NCBI GenBank assembly: GCA_035285125.1
Contig: JAYKHR010000007.1
Location: 1 to 48,138 of the forward strand
Direction: 5' to 3'
Origin: Candidatus Sericytochromatia bacterium
GTDB taxonomy: Bacteria > Cyanobacteriota > Sericytochromatia > S15B-MN24 > JAQBPE01
Length of the DNA: 48,138 bases
The position numbers were made by a program, and so were the translations under genes. The notes below the pieces were generated by a model. It searched no databases. It had not been told where the DNA came from and saw nothing but the letters and a program-made list of their open reading frames with translations. This document shows, in pieces, positions 8,238 through 18,003 of the stretch. Within the stretch, counting starts at the first letter, position 1. Each line of letters starts with the position of its first letter.

Positions 8238-11210
8238 ATGCCCCCCCGCCCGCGCGCCCTCCTGAGCCTGGTCGCCTGCCTGCTGGTGGGCTGCACGGCC
8301 GCGAGCGGCGTGGCGCCGCCGAGGGCCACGGGGGGGCGGGCGCCCGTGCGTGGGGCGGGTCCCAAGGCCTCGGTGCCGCCAGACGCGGGCGCCCCGGCCG
8401 GGCCCCCCACGACGACCTCGCCCGCCGGCCCCCTCTCGTCGGAGGGCCCGCTGGCTGCCCCGCGCGGCGCGCTGGTGGGCCGGGTGCAGCTGCCTGCGAG
8501 CCTCCTGACGGCCAACGGCGGCCGGGTGGCGTCGACCAGCGGCGGAGGGCTGGTCTCCGACCAGGGCGGCTCTTTGCTGGCGAACAATGGGGCCACGCTC
8601 ATCTCGGACCAGGGGGGTAGCGCGGTGTCGCCCTACGGGTCGACGCTCATCTCGGACCAGGGGGGCCGCGCGGTGTCGCACGACGGGTCCGGCGTCGTCT
8701 CCAGCCGTGGCGGGGTGTCGTCCAGCGGCGGTCGGTACGCGCTGCGGCAGGCGGTGGCGACGGGGCCCGGCGGGGACGTGGTGGCGATCGCGAACGCGCA
8801 GGTGGGGCTGTTCGACGCCGCGGGCGTGGCGGTGAAGGACGCGTCGGGGGCGCCCCTGGTGACGACGACGGACGCGGAGGGGCGCTACGCGTTCCCGACG
8901 GCACCGACGGACCGGGCGGTGGTGGCGGTGTGCCAGCTGGCGGGGACGGCGGGGCAGGCGGCGGCGCTGGTGCCGAAGGCGCGGGGCCAGGCGGACCTGG
9001 ACGTGGCGAGCTCGGTGATGGCGAGCTACGTGATCAGCAAGTTCGCCCGCACGCAGGCAGACCCGCAGGCGGCGCTGGAGCGGCTGCCGGCGGGGCTGGA
9101 GGCGCAGGCGCGGGCGGCGACGGCGGCGGCGCTGGCGACGGGGAGCGGGCCTGCGCGGCTGGAGGCGGCGGCGGCCGTGCAGGCGGTCGAGACGCTGCGG
9201 GGGAAAGCGGGGGTGGTGGACCAGCTGTACGAGAAGGTCCGGCGGGCGATGGTGGTCGCAGGCCAGGCCAACCTGGGCGAGGGGCAGCCTGCCCTCACGG
9301 CCGAGGTCTGGTTGATGGGGGCGCGGCGCCTGTCTGCCGGCGGTTGGTGGCTGCTGGATGACGCCGCCGCGAGGGTCTGGGAGGTGGTGGACGGCCGGCT
9401 GCGGGTGCTGGCGGGCTCCGGCGTCCGGGACGGCAGGCGCCTCGTGGATGGCGGGCTGGCGCGCGAGGCGTCCCTGGGGGAGCTCGTGGCGATGCACGAG
9501 GGGCCGGAGGGGCGGCCCTGGATCCTGCAGTCCACCAGGGCCGGGGGTTCTGATGACGTGACAGGTGACCTGTTCCGGCTGGAGCCGGACGGGCGGGTCA
9601 CCATCCTCGCGACCACGCTGCGGCCCTGGAGGTCCCGGGAGCAGTGGGAGATGATCGACTTCCTGCCCCTCGGCCCGGCCCAGGCCCTGGTTGTCAGCAC
9701 CGACCGCGTGGAGGCGGTCGGCGGCGCGCCCGAGCACCCGTTGTGGCCGCAGGGCGGGGCAGAGGGCCCGTTCGAGATCGTGGGGGCGGACCGACGGCCG
9801 GATGGCACGATTCGGGTGGCGGCCAGCCACTACCTGAACGGGCGGGGCGTCTGGCGGCTCTGGCGCCTGCGGGCGGGCCTGCTGCCCGAGCCCCTGCCCG
9901 CCCCGTCCGGGGCGCACTGGTACGGCTTCGATGACGCGGGCAACCTCGTTGCGAGCACCCAGGAGGGGGGGCTGGAGTTCCACCCGCCCGGGGGTGGCGC
10001 GCCTCACCGGATCGGGGCCGAGGCCCTGGCCGCCTGGCCCCCGGCGCTGCGGCCTCAACCGGGGGGCATCGAGGTGGCGGACCTGCGCTTCGGGGGGGAT
10101 GGGCGCACCGCGGGGTGGGTCCGCGCCAGGGGGCGGCTCGCGACGTTTGGTCCCGACGGGGCGCTCAGCCACGTGGTGGCCGGCCCGGCGGGTGCGCCCC
10201 CGCCGCAAGAGGGCCCGACGGCGCTCAACTCGCCCGCGATGGCGGCGATGGACGCGGCGGGCACCGTGCACCTCATCGATGGCGACGACACCCTGGTGCG
10301 CATCGTGAACCGCCGGGCCGAGCCCGTTTCGGCCCCGGGTTTCCAGGGGTGGGGCGAGCTGAGGCTGGTGCCGGGGGACCCCTTCGCCTTCACGGTCGAG
10401 GTCCTCGACGAGGATGACGTCGTGGTGAAGGAGTTGCCCCGCTTCGGGGCAGGCTACGCGGTGCCTGCCCGGGAGGCCCACTTCCTCGGCCCGGCCGCGC
10501 TGCGCGTGGCGCCTGACGGCTCGGTGTGGGTGCTCGACCTCGGCGACAGCAGGCGGGTGGGGGACGCCCTGGGCGGCCGGGGGAGGCGCGTGGAGGACGC
10601 CTTCGTGCGGCGCGTGGCCGACGGGTTCCTCGAGACGGTCGCGGTGAAGTCCAGCCTGGACCTGGCGCCGTGGATCGACATGGCACCCACGGCGGAGGGG
10701 GCCGCCGTGGTCCTCTCCAGCGGCGAGGACCACGCCAAGCTGCTGCGGGTGAAGGGCACCGAGCCGCCCACCGAGCTGGTGCGCGTGCCGTATGCCGTCC
10801 CCCCCGAGGCCTGTGAAGCCTGCCAGCATGACGGGATGGCGCCCCTGCCCGGTGGGGCGTGGCTGCTGCGCGTGCAGGGCGTGCTGTGGCGCTGGGCGCC
10901 GGGGCAGGCGCCCGTCCGCCTCGGCGTGGACGGGGTGGCGACCGCGGACACCTTGAGCCCGAGCGCCTTGATGGCGGCCTCGGCGGACGGCAAGGTGGCC
11001 GTGGCCGACGAGCAGCGCGTCTACCGCCTCGACCTCGCCACGGGCAAGGCCACGGCCGTGGCCGGGGCCGGCACGGCCAACCTGGCGGGCAGCACGCCCG
11101 ATACCGGCCTGACCGCCGTCACGGGCCTGGCGGTGGCGCCCAACGGGGACCTGCTCATCACGGACGGGGGGGCCCGACAGGTCAAGCTGGTGCCGGCGGC
11201 TGCGTGGTGA
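8238..11210 (+). CDS. Large lipoprotein with SDQGG/NNG repeats and C-terminal NHL-like beta-propeller
   Basis: Lipobox LLVGC, octapeptide repeats, TTDAEGRY domain, GLAVAPNGDLLITD propeller blades. Confidence 0.85.
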   Translation: MPPRPRALLSLVACLLVGCTAASGVAPPRATGGRAPVRGAGPKASVPPDAGAPAGPPTTTSPAGPLSSEGPLAAPRGALVGRVQLPASLLTANGGRVASTSGGGLVSDQGGSLLANNGATLISDQGGSAVSPYGSTLISDQGGRAVSHDGSGVVSSRGGVSSSGGRYALRQAVATGPGGDVVAIANAQVGLFDAAGVAVKDASGAPLVTTTDAEGRYAFPTAPTDRAVVAVCQLAGTAGQAAALVPKARGQADLDVASSVMASYVISKFARTQADPQAALERLPAGLEAQARAATAAALATGSGPARLEAAAAVQAVETLRGKAGVVDQLYEKVRRAMVVAGQANLGEGQPALTAEVWLMGARRLSAGGWWLLDDAAARVWEVVDGRLRVLAGSGVRDGRRLVDGGLAREASLGELVAMHEGPEGRPWILQSTRAGGSDDVTGDLFRLEPDGRVTILATTLRPWRSREQWEMIDFLPLGPAQALVVSTDRVEAVGGAPEHPLWPQGGAEGPFEIVGADRRPDGTIRVAASHYLNGRGVWRLWRLRAGLLPEPLPAPSGAHWYGFDDAGNLVASTQEGGLEFHPPGGGAPHRIGAEALAAWPPALRPQPGGIEVADLRFGGDGRTAGWVRARGRLATFGPDGALSHVVAGPAGAPPPQEGPTALNSPAMAAMDAAGTVHLIDGDDTLVRIVNRRAEPVSAPGFQGWGELRLVPGDPFAFTVEVLDEDDVVVKELPRFGAGYAVPAREAHFLGPAALRVAPDGSVWVLDLGDSRRVGDALGGRGRRVEDAFVRRVADGFLETVAVKSSLDLAPWIDMAPTAEGAAVVLSSGEDHAKLLRVKGTEPPTELVRVPYAVPPEACEACQHDGMAPLPGGAWLLRVQGVLWRWAPGQAPVRLGVDGVATADTLSPSALMAASADGKVAVADEQRVYRLDLATGKATAVAGAGTANLAGSTPDTGLTAVTGLAVAPNGDLLITDGGARQVKLVPAAAW

Positions 11211-11292
11211 GGGGGCGGGCGGCCCCCGCAGGGCGGTCGCGCCCAGGGGCGCCGACGCTGGCCTCTTGCCAGCTGCCGGGTATGAGCACAGC

Positions 11293-14139
11293 ATGCCCTC
11301 CCACCCGCGCGCCCTCTTGAGCCTGGTCGCCTGCCTGCTGGTGGGCTGCACGGCCGCGGGCAGCGTGGCGCCGCCGAAGGCCACGGGCGGGCGCGGCGCG
11401 GCGCGGCCGGTGGCCCCCAAGGCCTCCCTGCCCCCTGCCGGGGGCCCCGAGGCCGGGCCGCTGCCTTCGGGGGCCTCCCCACCCCCCGCGAGGGTGGCGC
11501 CCCAGGCCCCGCGCGGCGCGCTGGTGGGCCGGGTGCAGCTGCCTGCGAGCCTCCTGTCCAACAACGGCGGCCGCGTCGTCTCCAACATCGGCGGGGGCCT
11601 GGTCTCGGACCAGGGCGGGTCGATCCTCTCGAACAACGGGGCGACGCTCATCTCGGACCGGGGGGGCAGCGTGGTGTCAAACAATGGCGCCGGCGTGGTG
11701 TCGAACGGTGGGGGCCGGTACGCGCTGCGGCAGGCGCTTGCCACAGGGCCGGGCGCGGACGTGGTGGCGATCGCGAACGCGCAGGTGGGGCTGTTCGACG
11801 CCCGGGGCGAGGCGGTGCGGGACGCGTCGGGGGCACCGCTGGTGACGACGACAGACGCGGAGGGGCGCTACGCCTTCCCGACGGCGCCGACGGACCGGGC
11901 GCTGGTGGCGGTGTGCCAGCTGGCAGGCACGGCGGGGCAGGCGGCGGCGCTGGTGCTGAGGGCCCGGGGGCAGGCGGACCTGGATGTGGCAAGCTCGGTG
12001 ATGGCGAGCTACGTGATCAGCAAGTTCGCGCGGCCGCAGGCAGACCCGCAGGCGGCGCTGGAGCGGCTGCCGGGCGAGCTGGAGGCCGAGGCGCGGGCAG
12101 CGACGGCGGTGGCCCTGGCCCAGGGCAGCGCGCCGGCGCGGCTGGAGGCCACGGCGGCCATCGAGGCCGTCGAGGCGCTGCGGCAGGGCGAGGCCGGGGT
12201 CGACGACCTGTACGAGGCCGTGCGGCGGGCGATGGTGGTGGCGGGGCTGTCGAACTTCGGGGAGGGCCAGCCCGTGGCCTCGGTGACCATGTCCCTCAGC
12301 GCGGCCCACCGCGCCTCGACGGGGCGCTGGTGGCTGCTCGATCGCTTCAACGCCCGGCTCTGGGAGGTTGTGGAGGGCCGCTTGCAGGTCCTGGCCGGGT
12401 CCGGTCTGTGGTCGAGCGGCCCGGTGCCGTCAGGCACCCGGGCGTCGGAGGTGGCGCTCGACGGCGTCGTGGCCCTGCACGAAGGGCCAGAGGGCGCGCC
12501 CTGGGTCCTCACCCAGAACCTGCTGGGCCGCGTCGAGGGGGACGGCCGCCTCACGGTGCTCTGGACCCGCCCGGCCGCGGAGCGGCTGGGCGGCGGCGGC
12601 AAGCACTGGTGGGTCGTCGACGTGCTGCCCGTCTCGCGAGACCAGGCCTACCTGGTCGGGAGCGATCGCGTGCTGGCCCTGGGCGGGCTGCCGGCGCGCC
12701 CGTTCCCGGATGACGCCGGGGGGGGCATCGTGGCCGCCGACCTCCGGCCCGATGGTCGGCTCCGGGTCGTGACCCGGGCGCTGACGGCCGGGTTTCGCCT
12801 GGCCTCCCGGGTCCGGGAGCTGCCTCCCGGGGGGCCCGCGACAGCGGGCCCCGAGCTGGCAGATCGGCTGTGTCACGGCTTCGATGACGCGGGCCACCTC
12901 GTCACGGGGGATGGGGCCGGCACGCTCCGGTTCAGCCCGCCTGATGGCGGGGCGCCGATCATCGTCGGGCCCGACGTGACGGCCCGGTGGCCCTCGGAGC
13001 TCCGGCGGGGGCTGGGCTCCCTGTGGCTGCGCTTCGGTGGGGACATCCGCACGGGTGGGTGGGTCTGGCAGGACTCCGCCCTGGGCGCATATGGCCGCTC
13101 GGCGGTGCTGGGCACCTACGGCCCTGATGGCCTCGCGGTCCTGGCCTTTGCGGTGCAGAACGACGTGTGGAATGCCCCCGGCTCCGAGGGACGCGCGCTG
13201 GTGGCACCCGGCTCGCTCGCGATGGGGCCGGATGACACCCTGTACGTGGTGAACGACGGCTCCCTGTATCGCGTCGTGGAGCGGCGGGGCGAGCCCGTCG
13301 CGGGTGGCGTGACCCCGACGGGGCGGGCGAGCTTTGTCCCGACGCCCGGCGACCCGTTCGCCTGCACGCTCGAGGTGCTGGCCAAGGACGGGACCGTGGT
13401 CGCGGTGGTGCCCGGGCTCGGGGCTGGCTACCAGGCTCCGCTGGCGGAGGCCCTCCTGTTCGACCCCGTGGCGCTGCGGGTGGCGGAGGATGGCGCCTTG
13501 TGGGTGCTGGAGCAGTTCACAGAGCAGTGGTCCGCGGTGCGGAAGGTGGTGGGAGGTCAGCTCCAGACCGTCGCCATCCAGCGCAGCAACGACCCGCTGG
13601 AGTGGCTCGACGTGTTCCCTGCGGGGGACGGGGCCGCCGTGGTGCTGGCGCGGGCCGAGACCTACCTCGCGCTGCTGCGGGTCTCGGGCACGGAGCCGCC
13701 CGTCGAGCTGGTGAGGCTCGCGGACCCTGATCCCCCCGAGGCGTGTGACCTATGCCAGGATGACGGAGCTGTGGCCCTGCCCGGGGGGCAGTGGCTGCTG
13801 CGGGTGCAGGGGGTGCTGTGGCGCTGGGCGCCCGGCCTGCCGCCGGTGCGCATCGGCGTGGACGGCATCGAGACGTTTGATGCCGTCGCCCGGGCCACGA
13901 TGATGGTGTCCCACGGTGGCAAGGTGGCGATCGCCGATACGACGCGCGTCTACCGCATCGATCTTGCCACCGGTCAGGCCACGCCCGTGGTGGGAAGGGA
14001 CACGGCGAACCTGGCCGGCACCACCGTCGACACGAGCCTCATGTCGGTCTCCGGGCTGGCCGTGGCGCCGAATGGGGACCTGCTGGTCTCCGATGAGGAA
14101 GCCGGCCAGGTCAAGCGCGTGCCGGCGGCGGCGTGGTGA
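11293..14139 (+). CDS. Tandem paralogue of the 8238 lipoprotein
   Basis: Near-identical signal peptide and N-terminal domain; same C-terminus (QVKxVPAAAW). Confidence 0.85.
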   Translation: MPSHPRALLSLVACLLVGCTAAGSVAPPKATGGRGAARPVAPKASLPPAGGPEAGPLPSGASPPPARVAPQAPRGALVGRVQLPASLLSNNGGRVVSNIGGGLVSDQGGSILSNNGATLISDRGGSVVSNNGAGVVSNGGGRYALRQALATGPGADVVAIANAQVGLFDARGEAVRDASGAPLVTTTDAEGRYAFPTAPTDRALVAVCQLAGTAGQAAALVLRARGQADLDVASSVMASYVISKFARPQADPQAALERLPGELEAEARAATAVALAQGSAPARLEATAAIEAVEALRQGEAGVDDLYEAVRRAMVVAGLSNFGEGQPVASVTMSLSAAHRASTGRWWLLDRFNARLWEVVEGRLQVLAGSGLWSSGPVPSGTRASEVALDGVVALHEGPEGAPWVLTQNLLGRVEGDGRLTVLWTRPAAERLGGGGKHWWVVDVLPVSRDQAYLVGSDRVLALGGLPARPFPDDAGGGIVAADLRPDGRLRVVTRALTAGFRLASRVRELPPGGPATAGPELADRLCHGFDDAGHLVTGDGAGTLRFSPPDGGAPIIVGPDVTARWPSELRRGLGSLWLRFGGDIRTGGWVWQDSALGAYGRSAVLGTYGPDGLAVLAFAVQNDVWNAPGSEGRALVAPGSLAMGPDDTLYVVNDGSLYRVVERRGEPVAGGVTPTGRASFVPTPGDPFACTLEVLAKDGTVVAVVPGLGAGYQAPLAEALLFDPVALRVAEDGALWVLEQFTEQWSAVRKVVGGQLQTVAIQRSNDPLEWLDVFPAGDGAAVVLARAETYLALLRVSGTEPPVELVRLADPDPPEACDLCQDDGAVALPGGQWLLRVQGVLWRWAPGLPPVRIGVDGIETFDAVARATMMVSHGGKVAIADTTRVYRIDLATGQATPVVGRDTANLAGTTVDTSLMSVSGLAVAPNGDLLVSDEEAGQVKRVPAAAW

Positions 14140-14209
14140 TCGCCACGTCGCGTCCGAAACGGCCATTCCTCACAGCCACGGCGCCCTCGCCCGTGTTGGA
14201 ATGGGGCCG

Positions 14210-16069
14210 ATGAGACCGTTCGCCCGCAGCCTCCTGGTCCTCCTCCCGGCGCTCGTGGCGCAAGCCGCGTGGGCGGCCAGCCCGCAGCCCCCCGGCTACG
14301 AGGAGGCCAGCGGGCCCGCGGCGGTGGAGCCGGGCGCGGCGCCGACCAGCCTGCCCACGCGGCGGCCGTCGGTGGCGCCCACGCCAGGCTACGTGCCCAA
14401 GGCCTCCCCTTCCCCGCGGCTGCCCTACGAGGCCGCCTGGGAGTTCTCCCGGCCGGGCCCGGCGGTGCTCGCGCGTCACGGGGCCGTGGCCTGCGTCTCG
14501 GCGGTGGCGAGCCACGTGGGCGTGGAGGTGCTCAAGGCCGGGGGCAACGCCGTCGACGCGGCCGTGGCCGTGGCCCTCGCCCTCGCCGTGGTCTACCCCG
14601 AGGCCGGCAACATCGGCGGCGGCGGCTTCCTGCTGGTGCACGACCCCAAGCGCGGCGCGGCCGCCCTCGACTACCGCGAGACGGCGCCTGCCAGGGCCCA
14701 CGCGCGGATGTACCTCGACGCGGCCGGCAACGCCACGGCCGACAGCCAGATCGGGGCGCGCGCGGCGGGCGTGCCGGGCACGGTGGCCGGGCTCGCGGCG
14801 GCCCACGCCCGGCTCGGCAAGCGGCCATGGGCATCGCTCGTGGCGCCCGCCATCAAGCTGGCGCGCGACGGCTTCGTGGTGAACGGGTACCTCGCGGGCT
14901 CCTTCCACCGCGCGCAGGACCTGCTGCTGCGCTTCGACGAGACGCGCCGCGTGTTCCTGCCGAACGACCTCACGCCGCGCGCCGGCGACGTGCTGAAGCA
15001 GCCGGACCTGGCCCGCACGCTGGAGCGCATCGCCCGCGAGGGCCCCAAGGGCTTCTACCAGGGCCCGGTGGCTGCCGCGATCGCCCGGGAGGCGGCGCGG
15101 CAGGGCGGCCCGCTCTCGGCGAAGGACCTGGCCAGCTACCAGCCGCGCTGGCGTGAGCCCGTCGCCTTCTCCTACCGCGGCCGCCGGATCCTCTCGATGC
15201 CCCCGCCGAGCTCCGGCGGCGTCACGCTCGCGCAAATCCTGCACATCCTGGAGGGCTACGATCTCAAGGCTGCCGGCTGGCACAGCGTGAGCCACCTCCA
15301 CCTGCTCACGGAGGCCGACCGCCGTGCCTTCGCCGATCGCAACGCCCTGCTCGCCGACCCCGACTTCGTGAAGGAACTGCCCGTCGCCACCCTGCTCAGC
15401 GAAGCCTACGCCGCCCGCAGGCGGGCCACCATCCGGGACGACCGCGCCACGCCCGAGGCCGGGCGCGCCCCGGGGCTGCCTGAGCCCGACCACACCACGC
15501 ACTTCTCGGTGGTGGACGCCGCGGGCATGGCCGTCAGCAACACCTACACCCTGAACGGCAACTACGGCTGCGGCGTGGTGGTGCCGGGCACGGGCGTGCT
15601 GCTCAACAACGAGATGGACGACTTCACGACGCGCGTCGGCGGCGCCAACCAGTTCGGCCTCGCGCAGGGCGCCCTGAACGCCATCGCGCCCGGCAAGCGC
15701 CCGCTCTCCTCGATGACGCCGACGATCGTGCTCGGCCCCGACGGCAAGCCGAGCCTCGTGCTCGGGGCGCCCGGCGGCCCCACCATCATCACGACCGTCG
15801 CGCAGGTGCTCAGCAACGTCGTCGACTTCGGCCTGCCCCTGAACTGGGCCATCGCCGCGCCGCGCGTGCACCACCAGGCCCAGCCGGACCTGCTCTACCA
15901 CGAGCCCCACGGCCTCGACATCGTGACGCGCACCGAGCTCGTGCGCCTCGGGCACCAGGTCCAGGCGCGGTCCTACATCGGCGACGCGCAGGGCATCTGG
16001 CGCCGGCCCGATGGCGCCTGGGAGGCCTTCTCGGACCCCCGCCGCGGGGGGGAGGCCTTTGGCTACTGA
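14210..16069 (+). CDS. ggt: Gamma-glutamyltransferase with signal peptide
   Basis: GGNAVDAAVA, DYRETAP, HTTHFS (catalytic Thr), LNNEMDDF, PGKRPLSSMTP; start 14201 or 14210. Confidence 0.95.
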   Translation: MRPFARSLLVLLPALVAQAAWAASPQPPGYEEASGPAAVEPGAAPTSLPTRRPSVAPTPGYVPKASPSPRLPYEAAWEFSRPGPAVLARHGAVACVSAVASHVGVEVLKAGGNAVDAAVAVALALAVVYPEAGNIGGGGFLLVHDPKRGAAALDYRETAPARAHARMYLDAAGNATADSQIGARAAGVPGTVAGLAAAHARLGKRPWASLVAPAIKLARDGFVVNGYLAGSFHRAQDLLLRFDETRRVFLPNDLTPRAGDVLKQPDLARTLERIAREGPKGFYQGPVAAAIAREAARQGGPLSAKDLASYQPRWREPVAFSYRGRRILSMPPPSSGGVTLAQILHILEGYDLKAAGWHSVSHLHLLTEADRRAFADRNALLADPDFVKELPVATLLSEAYAARRRATIRDDRATPEAGRAPGLPEPDHTTHFSVVDAAGMAVSNTYTLNGNYGCGVVVPGTGVLLNNEMDDFTTRVGGANQFGLAQGALNAIAPGKRPLSSMTPTIVLGPDGKPSLVLGAPGGPTIITTVAQVLSNVVDFGLPLNWAIAAPRVHHQAQPDLLYHEPHGLDIVTRTELVRLGHQVQARSYIGDAQGIWRRPDGAWEAFSDPRRGGEAFGY

Positions 16070-16088
16070 GGCCCTGCACCCTGTGGGG

Positions 16089-16230
16089 GAAACCGCCTCT
16101 TTCTCCCCTCTCCCCGAGGGATAGGGAGGCCAAATCCGACTTCACCCAGTGGGTGCGGAGGCCTTCCGCTCCCTTCTCCCACAGGGAGAAGGTCCGCGTC
16201 AGCGGGGATGAGGGGTAATGCGGAATCAGG
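16089..16230. repeat. REP-like repeats plus right end GCGGAATCAGG of the repeat family
   Basis: ggaaaccgc...ctcccctctcccc as at 4651; full hairpin copy at 16169-16215; terminal repeat at 16220-16230. Confidence 0.75.
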
Positions 16231-16246
16231 CCAAGGGTTCCCGGGC

Positions 16247-16292
16247 TTGACAGCCCGGGCGGGGCTGGTTAGTATACAATCTTAGTATACAA
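16247..16292 (+). promoter_or_regulatory. Sigma70 promoter TTGACA-N17-TAGTAT with tandem TTAGTATACAA operator
   Basis: Exact 11-bp direct repeat at 16269 and 16282, each with a GTATAC palindrome core. Confidence 0.75.
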
Positions 16293-16332
16293 ATTGCCGG
16301 CTTGCCCGCGCCGTCCCTGTCAGGAGGCCCCC

Positions 16333-17823
16333 GTGTCCCACCCCGTGCTCCGCTCCCTGGTGCTCGCGCTCGCCCTCGCGGGCTGCGCGGCCCCCCCGAT
16401 CACGGCCGGCCCCGGCGGCGGGGCCGCTGGCGGAAAGCTGCCCGTGAAGGACCCCGTCACCGGCAAGCTGATCTCGAACCAGCCCGTCGAGCCCCTGAAC
16501 GGCATCACGTTCAAGCCCCTCACCGTCGCCAACGCCCGCTTCCTCTCCGGCCAGGCCGGCAGCGGCATGGCCGGCCCCATGATGGCCGAGGGCGCCCCGA
16601 TGGCCAGGTCCGCCGCGGCCCCCGCGCCGGGCGTTGCGGTGGTGGCGTCCGACATGGCCGTCATGAAGGGCGGCGGCGGCAACGCGGGCAACGCCGGCGG
16701 CAGCCCCTCCGCCGTGGGCGGCGCTTACAGCGGCAACGTCTGGGGCGGCTACGGCTACCAGTACTACTTCGGCTTCGGCGGCGGCACCGAGCGCATGAGC
16801 CTCGTCTCCGTGCAGGAGGCCGAGACCCAGGGCTCCAAGGCCGGCTTCACCGAGGTCGCGAACACCCTCATCGCCCCCATCGTCAAGGAGTGGGCCTTCG
16901 ACGCCCGGCTGACGGAGGCGGGCTCCACCCTCGGCAGCGACGGCCGCGTCTGGGCCGAGCCGGTGCCCGTCGCCGATGGCAAGATGGGCCTGATCGCCCC
17001 CGGCCGGCGCAGCCCCCTCGAGCCCGGGGACGGCTGGCGCCTCGTGTACCTGTCGACGGCCCGCAGCGAGATGCTGCAGTTTGTCGTCACGGCCGAGAAG
17101 ACCACGATCGTGCGCCTGCGCTGGGCCCCGCTGGACCTCCAGCCCGAGCGCATCAAGGTCGATGCCTCCACCGCCGTCGCCAGCGTGACGAAGGCCGTGA
17201 TGGACAAGGGCTTCGCCAGCGAGGAGGAGAAGACCAAGCTCGACTACTTCCTCGGGCACGCCTTCGAGCAGCCCAAGACGGGCGAGCACGACGGCGAGAA
17301 CAGCAAGACCGAGGTGCTCTACGACGTGCCCAAGCGGGCCCGTTGGGGCGTGAACCTCCAGCAGATCGTCGGCAAGCTGGTGTGGGAGCTCAGCTGGTAC
17401 GCGGCCGAGGAGCCGACGGCCGTGCCGAGCGTCGCCACTGCTGACAGCACCACGACCGTCAGCGCCGTCGCGCCGATGGTGAAGTTCACGCTGCTGCAAG
17501 AGGTCGTGTCGCGGCCGATGCCGATGCCCGTCGCCCCGGAGCCGGACAACTGCAAGCGCCGCAAGGAGACCAACGTCTACACCAACTGGGGCGGCTCGGG
17601 CATGGTGGATGCCGAGACGGGCGCCGTCATCCGCTTCACGCGGCCCACGCGCCACACCAACACGTGGGAGAACTACGTCTGCGAGGAGCAGCAGCCGGTG
17701 CCCATGCCGGCCGAGACCACCACGCCGGCCCCGACGACCGCGCCCAGCGTGACCCCCTCGGTGGCGCCTTCGGTCAGCCCGACGCCCGACGAGGGGGCGA
17801 CGGGCACGGTCGCGGCTGGCTGA
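16333..17823 (+). CDS. Hypothetical lipoprotein
   Basis: AGGAGG RBS with GTG, lipobox LAGC, strong codon bias, PepSY-like VDAETGAVI segment. Confidence 0.85.
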   Translation: MSHPVLRSLVLALALAGCAAPPITAGPGGGAAGGKLPVKDPVTGKLISNQPVEPLNGITFKPLTVANARFLSGQAGSGMAGPMMAEGAPMARSAAAPAPGVAVVASDMAVMKGGGGNAGNAGGSPSAVGGAYSGNVWGGYGYQYYFGFGGGTERMSLVSVQEAETQGSKAGFTEVANTLIAPIVKEWAFDARLTEAGSTLGSDGRVWAEPVPVADGKMGLIAPGRRSPLEPGDGWRLVYLSTARSEMLQFVVTAEKTTIVRLRWAPLDLQPERIKVDASTAVASVTKAVMDKGFASEEEKTKLDYFLGHAFEQPKTGEHDGENSKTEVLYDVPKRARWGVNLQQIVGKLVWELSWYAAEEPTAVPSVATADSTTTVSAVAPMVKFTLLQEVVSRPMPMPVAPEPDNCKRRKETNVYTNWGGSGMVDAETGAVIRFTRPTRHTNTWENYVCEEQQPVPMPAETTTPAPTTAPSVTPSVAPSVSPTPDEGATGTVAAG

Positions 17824-17852
17824 GCCGGCCAAACGGCCAGGCCAGCTGGCAG

Positions 17853-17888
17853 GGGCGGGACCCGGTTGGGTCCCGCCCTTGTGGTTTC
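17853..17888 (+). terminator. Intrinsic terminator
   Basis: GGGCGGGACCC-ggtt-GGGTCCCGCCC followed by a T-containing tail. Confidence 0.7.
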
Positions 17889-17956
17889 AGGGGCTCTCGC
17901 TGACCACCGGCACTGCCGCCGCAGACGGCGTCGCACCAAGGCGGGACGGCAACCAG

Positions 17957-17988
17957 CAAGAAGGGCCCGGGGTTTGCACCCCGGGCCC
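17957..17988 (-). terminator. Intrinsic terminator of the L,D-transpeptidase gene
   Basis: GGGCCCGGGG...CCCCGGGCCC hairpin followed by TTCTTG on the minus strand. Confidence 0.6.
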
Positions 17989-18003
17989 CTGGTTGTAGAC
18001 CCC

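Noticed and set aside
7656..11744. 1362-aa minus-strand ORF
   Set aside because: Antisense shadow of the lipoprotein genes in high-GC DNA; Arg/Pro-rich with no domain motifs
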